A stretch of 63,920 nt of DNA, counting the filler, from Choristocarpus tenellus KU-1152 (taxonomy: Eukaryota > Protista > Phaeophyceae): assembly GCA_964200185.2 (NCBI GenBank). It is 9 parts of 9 records of this genome, joined end to end, with 100 filler letters (N's around TTAATTAATTAA, not from the genome) between each part and the next. Parts side by side here need not be neighbours in the genome. Positions count along the whole stretch, not along the records: positions 8,559 to 13,785 come from CAXNAD020011431.1; positions 13,886 to 20,259 come from CAXNAD020008279.1; positions 20,360 to 29,897 come from CAXNAD020003597.1; 6 more parts are not named here. One strand, written 5' to 3'. The notes under the pieces were generated by a model, which did not search any database, was not told the DNA's origin, and worked only from the letters and a program-made list of their open reading frames with translations. Every line of letters begins with the position of its first letter. The first letter of the stretch is position 1. This document shows, piece by piece, positions 13,115 to 27,019 of this stretch. A program made the translations under genes and the position numbers.

Positions 13115-13785
13115 AAAACGGAAAAAAAACAACTGGATGGGATGCTGAGATCGTACTGTTCGTGCACCTCCTTGTGGATACGCATATAACATGCGAGTAG
13201 CATAACCTCCTACAAAAATTCAAAGCGTCGCGGCGTCATTGATACGGAATCAACCAGATTCGATAAAAGAAAAAGAAAAAGAAGCTACAGTTAAAGAGAG
13301 GCGTTGCAACTAGCAGCAGGAAAGCCTTTTGGCATGCATGCATTGTAGGTAGTACGAGCGGGAAGGTACTTCGTATAGCAACTCTTCAAGTTGACAGGAC
13401 CTAATGAAAATATCGTAGGGACAAAACTGAGTTGAGAAAAGGACGTGAAATTGACCACAAATAATTCCAGGGAGATATCGAATGGTGTGTCGGTGGGTAT
13501 TGGAGACAATCTGGAATCGGAGAGAAGGTGAGTCATTGTCAGCTCCGTTCTATCAGAACATTGAGAGGCCCCGAAAGAGACGCTGGTGGTCTTGGTGCGT
13601 GTGCAAGGGTCATCATGTGGGGAGGTTATTGTCCAGAGTTGAGGGTCTCTGGTGGAAATTTAAGTTTCCTCACAGCCTGACAAAGACAGTGGGAAGACCT
13701 GATGAAACTTCAGTAAATGTTCTGGAGTGATTAGGGATGGCAATTGACAGGTTGGGTGATGGTAGTGGGTTCAAGAGATGCACCG

Positions 13786-13885
13786 NNNNNNNNNNNNNNN
13801 NNNNNNNNNNNNNNNNNNNNNNNNNNNNNTTAATTAATTAANNNNNNNNNNNNNNNNNNNNNNNNNNNNNNNNNNNNNNNNNNNN
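13786..13885. other. Artificial contig spacer
   Basis: N44-TTAATTAATTAA-N44. Confidence 0.97.
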
Positions 13886-13953
13886 CGTGTGAGGCTTCAC
13901 ACCTTCTTATCTTCTACTAACAAATAGCATTACCTCCCAAGGTAATTTGCACA
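13886..13953 (+). mobile_element. 3' end of copia LTR, truncated by contig start
   Basis: Matches 37030-37100, ending ...GGTAATTTGCACA. Confidence 0.85.
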
Positions 13954-14483
13954 GTATCACATAGATAATCCTCCTCATTACATAATTATTTTTGGGTGTA
14001 TCAAACTTCTTCGGATCTACTCGCTCGTTTACGTACAGCGCCAAAATCAACGAAGGATAACCCGTTTTTTGCGGTTTTGCGTTACAAACCAGTCTTTGTA
14101 TACCCTCCGTCAATCACACACACAGTCCTGCTAGAATAACGCGCCAGTTTCGATCTAGGAGGGTAGATTTCCACCTTGTTTTGAACTTTCGAAGATTGTT
14201 CCATAACTTTGATGTAGATATTCCTCAAAAACATGGAATTTTGGAACAAGCTTAACGCCACTCCTTCGCGGCGCGAGGGTACCTCTCGTTTACCCCAACC
14301 CTCCCTGTATACCATACTTGCCACTGCATATGAACATTCGGCGTACGTCTATGAAAAGGTCGTTTCGGTACTATACTTTTCACCATATATAAATCAATGA
14401 AACCATTAATTCACTCCATCACGCAAAAATAATCGAAGACAGATCAATGACAGTATATTTTTTCATGCTTCTAAAGCATAAGG

Positions 14484-14662
14484 GACCCAAAGTATCTGTG
14501 TGGGGGGGGGGAGTCTACACCGGGGTGTCCATTTGGGTCAAAATCAGGAAAAGTGCATTTGCATTACCCATCGAACGTATGCAATCAAATCACCGAAAAA
14601 TTGCGACATGAAAAAATTGCCCCCAAATGGATAGCCGCCACCCCCCCCAGATACTTTAAGCC
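14484..14662 (+). mobile_element. MITE family B, complete
   Basis: TIRs GACCCAAAGTATCTG / CAGATACTTTAAGCC; 4-bp TSD AAGG on both sides. An extra right-end fragment lies at ~14755-14799. Confidence 0.85.
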
Positions 14663-16591
14663 AAGGATACGAAGGTAGGTACAGGTCAATAAAATATATC
14701 ATCCCTCCAACACACGCAACCACGATCGCCCAAAAATCCCGACGTGGAAAAATGGGTCCAAATGGACAGCCACCACCCCCCCCGCAGATACTTTGAGCCT
14801 TTCACACAGCCACTCCTCCACGATCCACCTACAGCTGTCGTGCTATAGTTTTGGTTTGTAGAGCTCTTCTCCAGACATTAGTTTGCTCACCTCACCACCA
14901 GCTCCTCCATTTTTGCAGAGCCCCCATCTAGGTACCCCTCTGAATTCAAGGTTTGATCCTATCATTTGTCCTCTCAATTGTTGATCTATGGTAAATGATG
15001 CGATGATTACAAATTACGAGGGACTCACTTGTTTTTGACTTGGAAAGCCTTTTAGTTGTAAGTTCGAAATATTTGTTATGAAGGGATAGAACTAATGTTG
15101 AACAGGAAACCATATACAGAGGGATGCATCTTGTAATCGTTAATAACATCAGACCCACCCCCACTAGGTTAGTTCCTCCCCCCAATCAAGCAAACTGGTA
15201 CCCGTTTTTTCATCTCCTCTTTTCAAGCATATTATTGATAAACCAATAATACGATAAAGAGAAGTATGGCGGTTTTGGTTGGAAAAATGGTTGATTTTCA
15301 GATACCAGAGTTCCTCATCATTTCCCTCGGCACATCTTTTTTGACGAGCAAGTAGCTCTATCTAGACGTGTCATGCATTTTAAGCTGGGAGATACCAGAA
15401 GGGCTTGTTAGATTCTTGGGATGCTTCCCTACCCCCTCACCCTGGAATGCAGGACTAACCTAGGTTGGAGGCACACGAGGGTAGTGATGTTGCCTAAGTG
15501 GTAGTAAAATAGTAAATAGAAAAATGTCTTTCGCGTTTACAACTTTATTATTGGTTCTGACTTTTTAGTGGTATTCATTGGACTTTCGTTTAACCCATCT
15601 GTAAAATCATAATAAAAATATGAGGAAGTAGGGAGAGGGTTTCTAGGGTTAGGGCAGAGTTTGTTAGGGTTAGGCACCTGCATAAGCCGTCCGATTCATC
15701 AAAAAAGATGCACCTATGTGATTAGGAATTCTGGTACGGGAAGTTTTACCGGCCTGGTGTTGTTGCTGTAAGTGTGGTATATGACATGTGGAAATGTGCC
15801 TACACATAACTTAATAGAGGTATTGGAATACATGTAACATAAATGTAATAATTTCATTACCATCAAGAACGCTTAGAGAGGACGAATGATAGGATCAGGA
15901 TTCGAGACGAGACCCGAACTGGAACTCACAACCTTGATTTTGACAGGGGCAATTAGAAGAGGACTCTGCAAAAATGGAGGAGCCCGTAGTGAGGTGAGCG
16001 AACTTGTACGAGGAGAAGGGTGGTACACCAAAATTATAGGAAGACACCTGTAGGTGGATTGCAGAGTACTGGCTTTGTGAAACATTCTAACTACCCCTCG
16101 TAGTTAGCACAAACATAAATAGATTGAGATGTACTGCGGGCGAAGGGGAAGTAGAGTTTTGAGTCTGAAGGCTGAAGTTGTAAGGATTTCAAAACTGGGC
16201 AATTGCTGGAGAAAGCATAAAGATGCTTTACTGCTTGTCAAGATTGTCGGCTTACCACTTTTTTTGCCTATTCCTCATCGATAGTGAAGCGCCAAGAACT
16301 GATGGTTCCTCGCTTCCTGGGATGCCAGCAGCTCCACAGGACGCAGCGTGTAAGGTGTGGCACCATTGGAAACGGTCTAACATTGGCAGACTGAGTTACA
16401 AATTCTCTCTCTGGGATATCTCGCTATTTTTGTGTTCAATGCTCTGATGGGGCAAGACTTCCATCCGTGTTTCCTATTCGCCGTCAATGTCCTCTCCCAA
16501 CCGTGAACACTTTTGGTGTACATAACTCGAGCTTTCTCTTCCGGTGTGGATTGCACTATACACTTCACTGTTGGTTGTTTATCCAATCCAG

Positions 16592-16912
16592 GAGGGCGGT
16601 GCTTCACTTGAATCGAGCCCATTGCAGTCTGCTTCTAGCACCTTGTGTTGTGAATGTGCTGGTGCCCAGGCGTTGGCACACCTTGCCCCGGAATCTTCAC
16701 GCCCTACTGGATACTCTAGTGGGCGTAGCAGCCCTGAAATCCTTCCACCAGAGCATGCGAGGCTCGTCTCGCCATCCCTCCCTTCCGCCATGGAAGGTGA
16801 CAACGAGAGGTTAGCTAATGGACATACGGTACGAGACAAGCGATGCTCTCTAGAACTAAACGGGGAGTGGATAGGAGACTCCCAAGAGAGCCTAATTCGC
16901 CAGGGTGCCAAG
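16592..16912 (+). CDS. Probable upstream exon of the TBC-domain gene (Ser/Pro-rich)
   Basis: ATCCAG acceptor, AAG|GTAATT donor, open frame. The join to the next exon is not resolved. Confidence 0.45.
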
Positions 16913-17201
16913 GTAATTCTTTAGACCGTGGGTTTTGACCATCAACCCTCACAAGGCCAACAACCCTTTAATCAGTTGGTGCGGGTGTGGTTTTTGCGAT
17001 TGAGGGATAACCTTGATCAATAAGTTATCAGCTATGATATCCTTTGATTTATCCCTAGGTCTCCCCCACTCCTTGTATTACAAGAAATTGGACTGAATCT
17101 TCCATGCTTCACTTAGATGTTCCAGCAGTACACTATCAGCATCACACAATACCAACAAATTTAGTAGGCGCACCTGGTGACCGTTTACTGCCTGCAGCCC
17201 A

Positions 17202-18982
17202 GTGTCCCTACCAACTCAGCTTCTTACATCCTCTCTCACACCCAATACATACGTGCGGATGATGTCAACAAATCTAACCTGGATGGCGATCAAGTTGCTC
17301 ACACGAGAGTCTCCTGCAATGGCTACACTGACCAGGATTGCCAATGCCACAGCAGCTGCTGTTCCAGGATGCCTTGAGGACAGCGAACAAATCCCACTTA
17401 CTCTTTCCACCCCTTCTGGAGTCAGACACAACAAGGATGATAGGGACTCCTCTATTGCTCCTGCTCCCTTGGAGTCTGCAGCCTTAACCCATCCACCATC
17501 ACCATCTGGCCCAAGTGAATTCTACCGTCTTTCATGGTACCGGAGACCTCTCCGGTCCCCCCCCGTCTTAACCCAAGAATCGCTACCCAATGCCACGAAC
17601 TTTCCAAAGATTCAAAGTTTATTCCCAGGAGTTAAACAAGGCAAAGTCAATGGCAATGATACCAACTTCAGTGACAAAGGCGGTAAGGTTGCAGAGACTT
17701 GCAACAGTAATGCTGTTAAACCGTGCCATGCCCCACTGGAGGGGGGGATCTCTAATGGCATTCATGGGGGGCAGGGGTTCCTCCAACGAGCATGGCAAAA
17801 TTTGTCCCCTCCTGTTGGCATTGGCCTCGTGGGGCGAGGTCGTGGTTGGAGTGGAAGTGCAATTGGAAGTGTAAGTGTTAGTGGCAGCGGGGCTGGGGGG
17901 GAGGAGGAGGGTAGCCTAGAGGTGGAGGTGAAGGTGTTGCGAGAGGAAGTGCGAAGGCTCAAGGAACGCCTTGCTAAGTCTGAGGCTGCTGCCATGACCC
18001 CTACCCCCACTCCAAATGGCCTAACTGCGGCAACCTCGCCAGTCTCATCACCATCAACTGAGCGGAGATGTCGAAAGGAATCTCAACAGCGCATGAGGGA
18101 TCTCGGCTCTGCCCACATTAAGAGCATTAGTCTGACTCAGGCCAACCAAATGCTTTCACCAAGGGTGGATTTTCGCCCTGCAGCCACGCCTATGGCAGAG
18201 GGACCTGAGACCTCCCGCACCTGTGAGGAAGCTGATGCAGAGGCTGGTGGTAGCCCAGCCCCTCAACTTGCTGCTGGGGTGGAGGCATCTGGGTCATTTG
18301 ATATTGTCGGGCATAGTCTCAGTGACCCTGGCAGCAAGGAAGAGGAAGTTGATTGGGTCTGGGAAGGACCCACCACGAAAAATGATGAGGGAGACAAGGA
18401 ACTCAAGGCTACGCCTTCAAGGGCAGCTGATGCAGGTGCAGCAGCAGTGGCTGTGGCAGTGAGGATGTCAACTGGTGCAGCTGAGATGGCGGTGAGTGCA
18501 GGGGACACTGACACCGCCAGCAACTGTACTTCGCCGTCGAGGTCTAGGTCTGGGACAGAGGGTATTGATGTCCCATTGGCAGCACCCCACTGGGCCGAGG
18601 AAGTTGAGGCAGGGGAAGAGCAAGTGAAGGAGACATCAAAGACACCAGCGGTAAAAGCACTGGTGGAAAATTTGATACTTAGCCCTGGCCCTGTGGAGAG
18701 TGTTGATCATGAAGGCAAGGAGATGGGGCATGTTAACGGAAGGGAACAGGGGCAGTGTGAGGGAGGAGGCCTTAGGCAGGACTCTGCTAGCACCCATGGC
18801 AGAAGAAGCTTGAATAGGGCTAGGCACAGGCGACACCGTAGCTGGGAGGTCCCGGACCTCTGGGCATGGGAGCTTGTGAAGAGGACAAACAATCTTATTG
18901 TCCTAGAGCTTCTCCTCTCCCATGGGCTGCCCGCCCACTGCCGGAGCACCATATGGATGGTCTGGGCTGGAGCACGGTCTAT
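17202..18982 (+). CDS. Large exon of Rab GTPase-activating (TBC domain) protein; 5' boundary uncertain
   Basis: 594-aa open frame, low complexity plus coiled coil, ending in TBC start LLLSHGLPAHCRSTIWMVWAG; GTGAGT donor at 18983. Confidence 0.8.
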
Positions 18983-19446
18983 GTGAGTTTGATATTTTTC
19001 TTCTCTGATCTGGCGTTTTTTGGTCTGTTTGTTCATCATCTGTGTCTGGAGGGGTCATTTCACACCGCTGGATACTGTTAGGCTTTGGATGTGTGCTGTA
19101 TTGTGTTTTGTGTATTGTGATCCAATCCTGTGCAAGTGAGTGTCACATGTTGTGTCACATGTTGTGCTTGCAGGTTTCTCTTTGAGTAGAGTACTGTACT
19201 TGTTGGTGTTGGTGCACAGGGTGTCATAATGCGCTTTAGGAAAGTTTTCTGTATTTGTTTTGCGGTAGCAAGAGGTGCTACAACCAGGACACACACAAAT
19301 AAATACCTATCAGTATTGTTTTGCTTTGCATCTTGATTGCTTTGTTTGCCATGTGTATGCACTTCGACATACATAAGGATTTCCTTCCTCGACATACACC
19401 ATGGCCACAGTCCCATTCCCCCACTCCTCAACCCACCTCATTTCAG

Positions 19447-19696
19447 TGGAGGTTTCCGGACGTCAAGGCCTGTGGAGGATGGCAATACTGGATTGGCCCC
19501 TGTATCAAGCATAATTGACCACGATGTCCAACGTACCAAGCTCTCCCACCACCTCTTCGGTGGGAGTGGGGGTAAGGGTAGTGCTGGTCGTGGTGGGGAA
19601 AATTCAGGACAGACAAAACCTGGAGCCCCAATGCTGAAACGGATACTGCTTCAGTGTGCAGGGTCAAGAGCAATCAAAGATGCTGGCTACATTCAG
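19447..19696 (+). CDS. TBC domain exon with Arg and Gln fingers
   Basis: TTTCAG acceptor in phase with the previous exon; IIDHDVQRT (IxxDxxR) and GYIQ (YxQ) motifs; CAG|GTGATG donor. Confidence 0.88.
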
Positions 19697-20259
19697 GTGA
19701 TGCATATGAGGGAAGAATTGGGTTTTGTTTGTGTGAGGTAGTGGGATGTGGACGGGGTTCTTCTTCATAGGTGTTCATTGGTGGAGAGGCACTTTATTAC
19801 CAATGGGCATCTTATTGCTGCTTTTCACTGTCCAGCACATCCCCCCCCTCACAGTGTCAATCATATTCTCAGAACTTACCGGCTTTTGCACTTTCAATGA
19901 CTTCTTTTCTTTTTTAAATGGAGAAATAAAAAAAAATCTGATGTTTCTCATCGGTTTTGTCACTTTGATCATCAGTGGTGGGACCTGCAAGCTATGTGGC
20001 ATGTGGTATATGGATATCATATTTTTTTTCATTTAGGGTTATGCGTTGGTTTTATGTCATGTTCGGTCCTCCATTGCTGTGAATGTGGGAGGTGTTGTAG
20101 GGATTCGATTAATCTTCTTACGATTTGTTCAAATCTGCAGTGAATTGCAGTCTTCATAAGGCTTCTTGGGGAGGGGGGGGGGGGGGGGTTGTTTTGGGGT
20201 CTTTTTTCTTCGAATGTACCCTCCCCCCACCCTCCCCCTAAACCTTTCTTGTCACTCTT

Positions 20260-20359
20260 NNNNNNNNNNNNNNNNNNNNNNNNNNNNNNNNNNNNNNNNN
20301 NNNTTAATTAATTAANNNNNNNNNNNNNNNNNNNNNNNNNNNNNNNNNNNNNNNNNNNN
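20260..20359. other. Artificial contig spacer
   Basis: N44-TTAATTAATTAA-N44. Confidence 0.97.
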
Positions 20360-20410
20360 GGGGGGGGAAGTCACAAGCCACTACATACCACAGAGAGGAT
20401 GATCACTTGC

Positions 20411-20540
20411 CTGGTGTCCTGTAATGTCAAACATCTTTATGTGCACTGGCCGCAGTGCTCCACAGCAACACCGCCAGCAAAAGCTGGTGTCTTCGATGGC
20501 TTGATAGACCTGGATTCCCATTCGGTCACTTATCTTATAC
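20411..20540 (-). CDS. Phospholipid scramblase (PLSCR-like) exon
   Basis: K-YKISDRMGIQVYQAIEDTSFCWRCCCGALRPVHIKMFDITGHQ; CTGCAG acceptor; probable GC donor (CAG|GCAAGT). Confidence 0.88.
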
Positions 20541-23199
20541 CTGCAGAAATTATTAGACGTGTGCAGCGCCTCAACTTGAGAATGATGATAGACCACTTTG
20601 TACTGTTGTGAGTAACCGGCACTGACTCAAAATCAACCCCATGCGATTAGTCGCGATCACACTCCCAACCGAACATTTCTCTTTTTTATGGATGAATTGC
20701 GGGGGAGGGGGGAGGGGGGGGGGGGTTCAGACAAATACTCCACGCACGTACACGCCTCCATATTTAAGTTAATTTGATTTTCCTTTTGTATAGTGCGTTA
20801 TGACACACAAGTACTTGTGTGCAACGATATCAATAGACTCTAAAAAAAATGACCTCTTGCTGGGGCCCGCACCAGTCAAAAGACCTTGTTTCCTAGTGGA
20901 GATGCTATCCACTGACTGCACGACAAGCGATACGACCTAAACAATCGATCACAATTAACCAGCAAGGGCTCGATGAAGTATAACCGACGTCGCAAAATGC
21001 GCTTGAATATGATGTGCGGCGCTAGTCATGGGCATACTTGTACCAGAGTGGACACACATTTGAGAAATCATGCATACATACCATACCTATGGGAATGTTT
21101 CAACCGGTCAAGCGGGGGGCTACTCTTCCTTAACCCAATTTCATTGAGGGTTAGGGTTATGATAGGGTACAAAAAGCAATACTTCCCACCAATAGAAAAG
21201 CAAGTATCTCCACACTCAGCCAATAGAATCAATTTGGTTTGCTACCTCAATCCTGGTAGCAACACTCAATGGGTAGGCTATTCCACTCACAGTAACCCAC
21301 AACATACAGGATGAACAATCACGAGAAAACAACTAAGAACACAAAACTTGTACCTAAGCTGACCCTCGACTTCACAAGTTGAAGAACAAACAAACCCCTA
21401 GTCCCAACCCTTCTGCTTGTCCTGCTAATACAGCACACGGGTTCAAAGGTGAACGCCTGCGTGGAAGGCAGCTAGGGCACAGTCCCAACAGGTTCCCATT
21501 AGGTAATTTTGTTCAGAATGTTAAACAATGGTGTTAAAAGAAAAGGGGGCACCGGTATGCTGAGAATCAAATATCAACAAGGGTCTCTACCCAAAAAGGA
21601 ATTCCTGTCGAATGTCACAAGTCACCTCGCAGAAAATGACGGTCAGTGTCAAATCACTTCAAACTTACTTTGTACTAGTAATAGTACTAGTAATACATTA
21701 ATACCAAGTAATGTTAGGGTTCTTGGAGATCCAAACAAGTTGTGTGGAACAATGTAAACGGTGTCAGAATAAGAACGTTGACTAATCTAAATAAATTGTT
21801 CTTTTTCTACATAAAATTCTCGCACCCTTTGGTTGTTTAAAATGCCAAATTCTGTCAGAAGTTAGATAAAAATCTCCCTGCCCCATCAGAGTTCGCTCTT
21901 AGGACCCAATCAACTGATTGTAGGAAGAGGGTCAGAGTGAACCTTGTTGGATTGGGCGTATGTAGTCAGCATCTTCCACAGTGCAACGTGTCAACAGGTC
22001 AGGTAAAATGAAACCAACACCTTGACACAACAGTCAAACCTGGATTGCACTTCAATGGAGAGTTCACGCTACCTACTTTATGAATCAGTTCATGAGAAGT
22101 CTAGACAAGTTGGCATATCGCATATCAGTTGTTTTTTCAAAGCACCCAAATCCCATTCTGATATCTGAGTTCATATCATAAAGTGCTCTGTGGTAACTAG
22201 TTTGTGCTTTAGCAACTTTAAGTCAACAGAAATTTGAATATCAGAACATTTTGGAGAGAGTGATAGTTGTGATTGGTCGGCAAGGTGCTCCCATATTTAG
22301 TCACTAACTAATATATTTTACGTTTTAGAACTCTACCAATAGGTAACTAGGAATAATACAAAGTGAAATATTGTACAAATAAATTTCGAGAACATTAGGA
22401 TTATGATATATTTCACACCAATTCATCAAAAACAAACATGAGGCAAAAATCTTTGGTTTTGTGCGCAAACACTCTAACAGTGGGGGTTAAAAATCTCAAA
22501 TACGTATTGAACGGATCTCGGATAGAAGGAAGTCTGGGTTGCAATGATTCCTCTCATCGTACACACCTTGAAGAAGTTACAAACTCTTTTCTAAGACTTC
22601 CAAGCACACCTTATCTACTACACATACAACAGACAGCAGCACATCATTGGTTGGCATACTGCAAGCCACGTACACAAAGATGGCATCAACAAAAACGAAA
22701 AAAAGAGGCGGAGAGCCTGCCTATTTTGCATCCTTCAGGAAATTATGTCTCAAACTTCTGGCTTGGTAGCAATTCAGAGCCTCCAACAATCATTGCCCCA
22801 TTGTCAAGATCAATGCCCTACCTCCATTTAACACATAAGAAAAGCTACTTCATCCTTAGACATGACGTTTCCTACAATAAGACAGCATCCCTAGGGAAAG
22901 AGCAAGAGCAAAGAGGTCAAGCTTTGACCTGAAGTATGCAGCATGCCGAAATCCACAGGGCTTATCGTATACTATGTGATAACAGGATTGATTCTCGTTC
23001 TTAAATTCCGACCGCAGTACGGTTCGCAGGGCTAGGGTTGGGGTTATCCAACTGAACCATGGACTGAATCACGTTAAAAAAAACATACAATCAAAACTAT
23101 AGGTGCAGCGAAATCAATGCACGCCTAACATAACAGCCCGTGGACAACCAAATGTGGTGTATGTCCCACGATGAACCTCGCAGAAATCTCTACACTCAC

Positions 23200-23337
23200 T
23201 TGTTATTGCCCTCGAACCCGATCCCAATAGCATTTGCCGCAGCCTCCATCAACTCCACTTGTTGGTGGATCATAAGCCCGTCCACCAAGGCCAGAACCTC
23301 GAGACCAGTAGGAACACCCTCTGGAACTGGGAATCCA
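23200..23337 (-). CDS. Phospholipid scramblase exon
   Basis: GFPVPEGVPTGLEVLALVDGLMIHQQVELMEAAANAIGIGFEGNN(K), the scramblase GLE..Q..E..E...FE..N.Y motif; TGCAG / GTGAGT sites, phases consistent. Confidence 0.9.
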
Positions 23338-23510
23338 CTGCAATCCAAATGTTGACCACAAGTGGTTAAGAGATTGTCAAAAAGTCAGGAGGTGCATCTT
23401 AGCAGGTTTCAAAGTGAAACACGACAAAGAACATTGGATTAACCGCAAGTGATCAGGGCATTCGATAAGCCGCAAGCTATGCGTCATCCTACTGCTTTTG
23501 AACTATGTAC

Positions 23511-23884
23511 CTAGGCATTGTCATCCATTGTCCCCCAAAAACCTGGCCAGGAAGCAGTTGGGGCCCTGTCGTCGCACCAGGTTGCGACGATCCAATATTC
23601 TGTTGCTGTCCCTGCGCATTCTGTCCAGACATTCCCATCCCCCGAGGGACGCCCATCTGGGGCCCCATCATCATTTGCGGATGGACGGGCATCATCATTC
23701 CTGGCGGCATGCCCATCGACCCACCAGGCATCATCATTCCCGGATGCATGCTCATTTGTCCAGGCATAATCATCTGCCCAGGCAAATATCCCATTGGTTG
23801 CTGACCCACCACGCTGCCACCATATCCATAAGGCGGTTGGCCAGGAATGTAGCCATTTTGGCCAGGGTAAAAACCCTGAAATCC
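23511..23884 (-). CDS. Phospholipid scramblase Pro/Gly/Met/Gln-rich N-terminal exon
   Basis: GFQGFYPGQNG...PGMMMP...GGQWMTMP; AG|GTACAT donor joins the next exon in frame. Acceptor at 23884 or 23875. Confidence 0.8.
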
Positions 23885-24559
23885 CTGGTCGTTGGAACAT
23901 CGGGAAATCAAGCAAAGGTTCGGGACGGCTCAGGGATTCGCAACAGTCCGCACAAACACGAATATACATGGCAGATGATAATATCTGCTCCAACAAACTA
24001 TGGGGTTGAGCAATTCCAAGCATCCCTAATTCCGGCATCCCTAATTCCGGACCATAATCTCAACCTTAATACCGACCCCACCAGATAAGGTTTAGGTGCC
24101 TCTTTTTTCGTGTATTGATGTTAGGGTTAGAGGGACAGGGCGATTGGACAAGTTGTTGGCCCCGATTGATTACGAATAAGTACAAGACACATTAGCAAAG
24201 CACACTGAAGGAGCACTTCACACACGAGATTTTCACCTGGTGCATCCTTGCTTATTTGATATATATCTGTGTCTATCACGATCGAGAAAATACTGGACTT
24301 GGTCAGAATCAGGTATACCTGAGATATGTAGTACAACCCTAAAACTCAACAATGTGATTGATGTTGATAGTTTTGGTTCTTAGACTTTGTATGATGGAGA
24401 TCGGATTTCCAGGACACAAAGTCTGGGTTAATGGGGTTCGAACCTACGAAACTCATGTAAGGGTAAGCCTCCACTGATATCTAAGGGGCGGGGATACTCT
24501 ACTTGAAGGGCCAAGTAGATTCCGACATCATATATATATTCGTCACATCTTCCTCACTT

Positions 24560-25500
24560 GCAAGAGGTTGAACGAGCAAAGAGCATCCCATTGTGGATGC
24601 GCTTTATTGGTTGTCGATGGTGACATCCTATTTACCAACGTACTAGCCAAGTTTGGTGTGCCTACCGAGATGATTTTAGTCATTCGTCAAAATTCCACCT
24701 AGTGTACACATTGATTATAGGGAATGGTCCAAATTGTTCAGCATTAAAAAGGTCTTCGCCAAAGGTGTTTCCTACCTTCGTTGCCGTTCAGTCTCCTTTT
24801 CCCGCAGCACTTACCATGGTGACTGAAAGGCTCAGAGCCAAAGAAACCTTGGCTATAATATGAACGTATTCGTAACGGTGTGCAAAGCTTTTGGATTGAG
24901 TGTGTCGGTGTAGAAGACAGAGATCGTGCAGACCAAGGCTGCAGGTCAAGGGCATTAAGAGATCGACAAGTTCGTGAATCTCGGTGGTTCGATCAGGGGC
25001 AATGCTGATGTCACCACACAGATCCACCCCCGGATCGAACAGGCATGGGTCCGGTTCTTGAAGCATGGTATAGAACTATATATGACAGAGCAGTTGGTGC
25101 ATCACTTGAGCTAAAATTTGGATCCTCAAGCCCGAAGTTCTTAAGTTTCTGTATGACTGTATGATGCGGACACTCAGGACAGACCGTTAAACCCAGCTTC
25201 ATCTCTAGAGCTCCAGAGCAGGATCAGGTTTCATAAATGAAACACATTATGTATTGGATTGTGATAAAGGAAGCACCAGTGAGATATGGGTGTAACATCA
25301 TTGAGGTGACTATACACAAGCGAAGGCTACATTTTGCAAGTTTCATGGCGTGCATGGGCAATGCTCGCCTCCCAAAAAACTTAATGTTTGGAGGACCGGA
25401 GAAAAATGGTGGTGGTTTGTCCGAGACGACCTTAAGTGCTTACATGTACCAGGTCAAAAGTGGGGTTTACTTTGAAAAGGTCCAAAACAATGGTACAGGT
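24560..25500 (+). pseudogene. Decayed non-LTR retrotransposon (LINE, RTE/L2-like) reverse transcriptase
   Basis: Fragments LAKFGVPTEMILVIRQ, FSIKK-GLRQRC-FLPSLPF, RIEQAW...ELYDRA...LELK and IEVTIHKRRLHFA...RLPKNLMFG, with frameshifts and deletions. Confidence 0.75.
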
Positions 25501-27019
25501 GGTCATATCTATGTGTTGCTGGTAAGTGTAGGTGACTCGATCTGCAGTTTTTTTACATGTAACTATGAGTAAATATATGTGTCAGACTCACTATACTTAT
25601 TCAAAGTGGCCATGCCTGCATTGAAGATGAAGATCGTGTGCCTTTGACCTCCAAACAACGACACAAACGTCAAGCAGTCCGAACAATAGGACGGAGTTGC
25701 AAGCAGACTGACACATTTGCTCACCTTGGAGGCAACATATGTGATGGAGATGATATCACCTCTGAGATCAATCGATGGGTGTGGAAAGTCTAGGGTTGTT
25801 CCGCAAGTAGAGTCAAGTGCTTCATGGCTGAACCAGGTGCCACTTGAGCAAAAAAAATCGAATGTTCAAGGCTAAAGTACTTGAGGTTCTGTTACATGGT
25901 TCTGTTACATGGACACTCCGTTGAGTCTGCTATATGAGGTTTCATGCTTACTATCACAAATTCCTCCTACACTGCATCAGATTTCGAAATATAGGAATGC
26001 GCCAGTCTCAAACTGTGATGCAAAAATGTCCTGGAGAAGACTGGGTGGCAGTATTGAGCTGACTGTGCAAAAATGGTGACTCCTCTGTTCCCAGGGTTGC
26101 ACACACGGGGTATAAGTGCGTGAAAACTAGAGCTCCTCAGATTCATAGGGACAGTCTAACGCTTGGGAAATTATGAGTGACTTCCAAATCCATGGACTTT
26201 TGGGAAACTTGCAGTCGGAAAATAGAAGTACAGTGTACAGAAAAATTGGTGGGTGTGCCTGAAGATACCCTTGATAAGTTTGGAACAGCAGTTAGTTGTG
26301 CGATGGAGCACAAGGACAATCAACCAACACTGGTGGTACTATTGTGTAGTTGAATAACATAGAACATCATGGATGAGTAGTATGTCAGGAGGAAGTTGAG
26401 ATAGCTGACTTACATGATTGTAAAGGACCAGCTAGACAGCCCTAGCAAGTTAGGGCACATCATACACTCTCACCACTGCCTTCTGATCATTGAATGCTGC
26501 TTTTATCGTGATCTGTTTACTATTGGGTTGATATTTCTTACATTCCTCTTTCCTTTGTGTGCTACGTATTGAGTGATTTGGGGGTTGGATTTTCTCTTTT
26601 TCTTCGCTTTTTTTCACACAGAATCCACCAAAGCATGACAAGAAAGTAGACGATTTCCTCTGCCAAGTATTGGGAGCTAGTGTTTATTGCCTCGATTATC
26701 CTTGGTTAGCCTTCTAACCTAGAGTGAGCTTTCCCTCCTAACGTTTTCTTTGTTTCGTTGCTTTCATGTTTTTCTTCCAAAAGGTGTTTTGTTTTCTCAG
26801 TGTCTGGTGTTCCTCTTTCCTCTGATCACCTTTGGACCACAGGTTTGGCACCCTCAGACAAATAATATTGCGAATATTCATAACGATAACCATAATATAT
26901 ACTCCACAATCTTTTTTTTACATGATGCTGTGGACAATGATACCTAGTTTGCTTTTGGGGGGAGGGGGGTTTCAAATATGTCTCCTTGGCACTTGTCCTT
27001 CTGACCATGTTGATTTTTT

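Noticed and set aside
23498-24088. His/Arg-rich and Ile/Pro-rich plus-strand ORFs
   Set aside because: Antisense shadows of the low-complexity scramblase exon.
26474-26659. Possible further upstream scramblase exon on the minus strand
   Set aside because: It has plausible splice sites but no homology signal and no demonstrable link to the gene.
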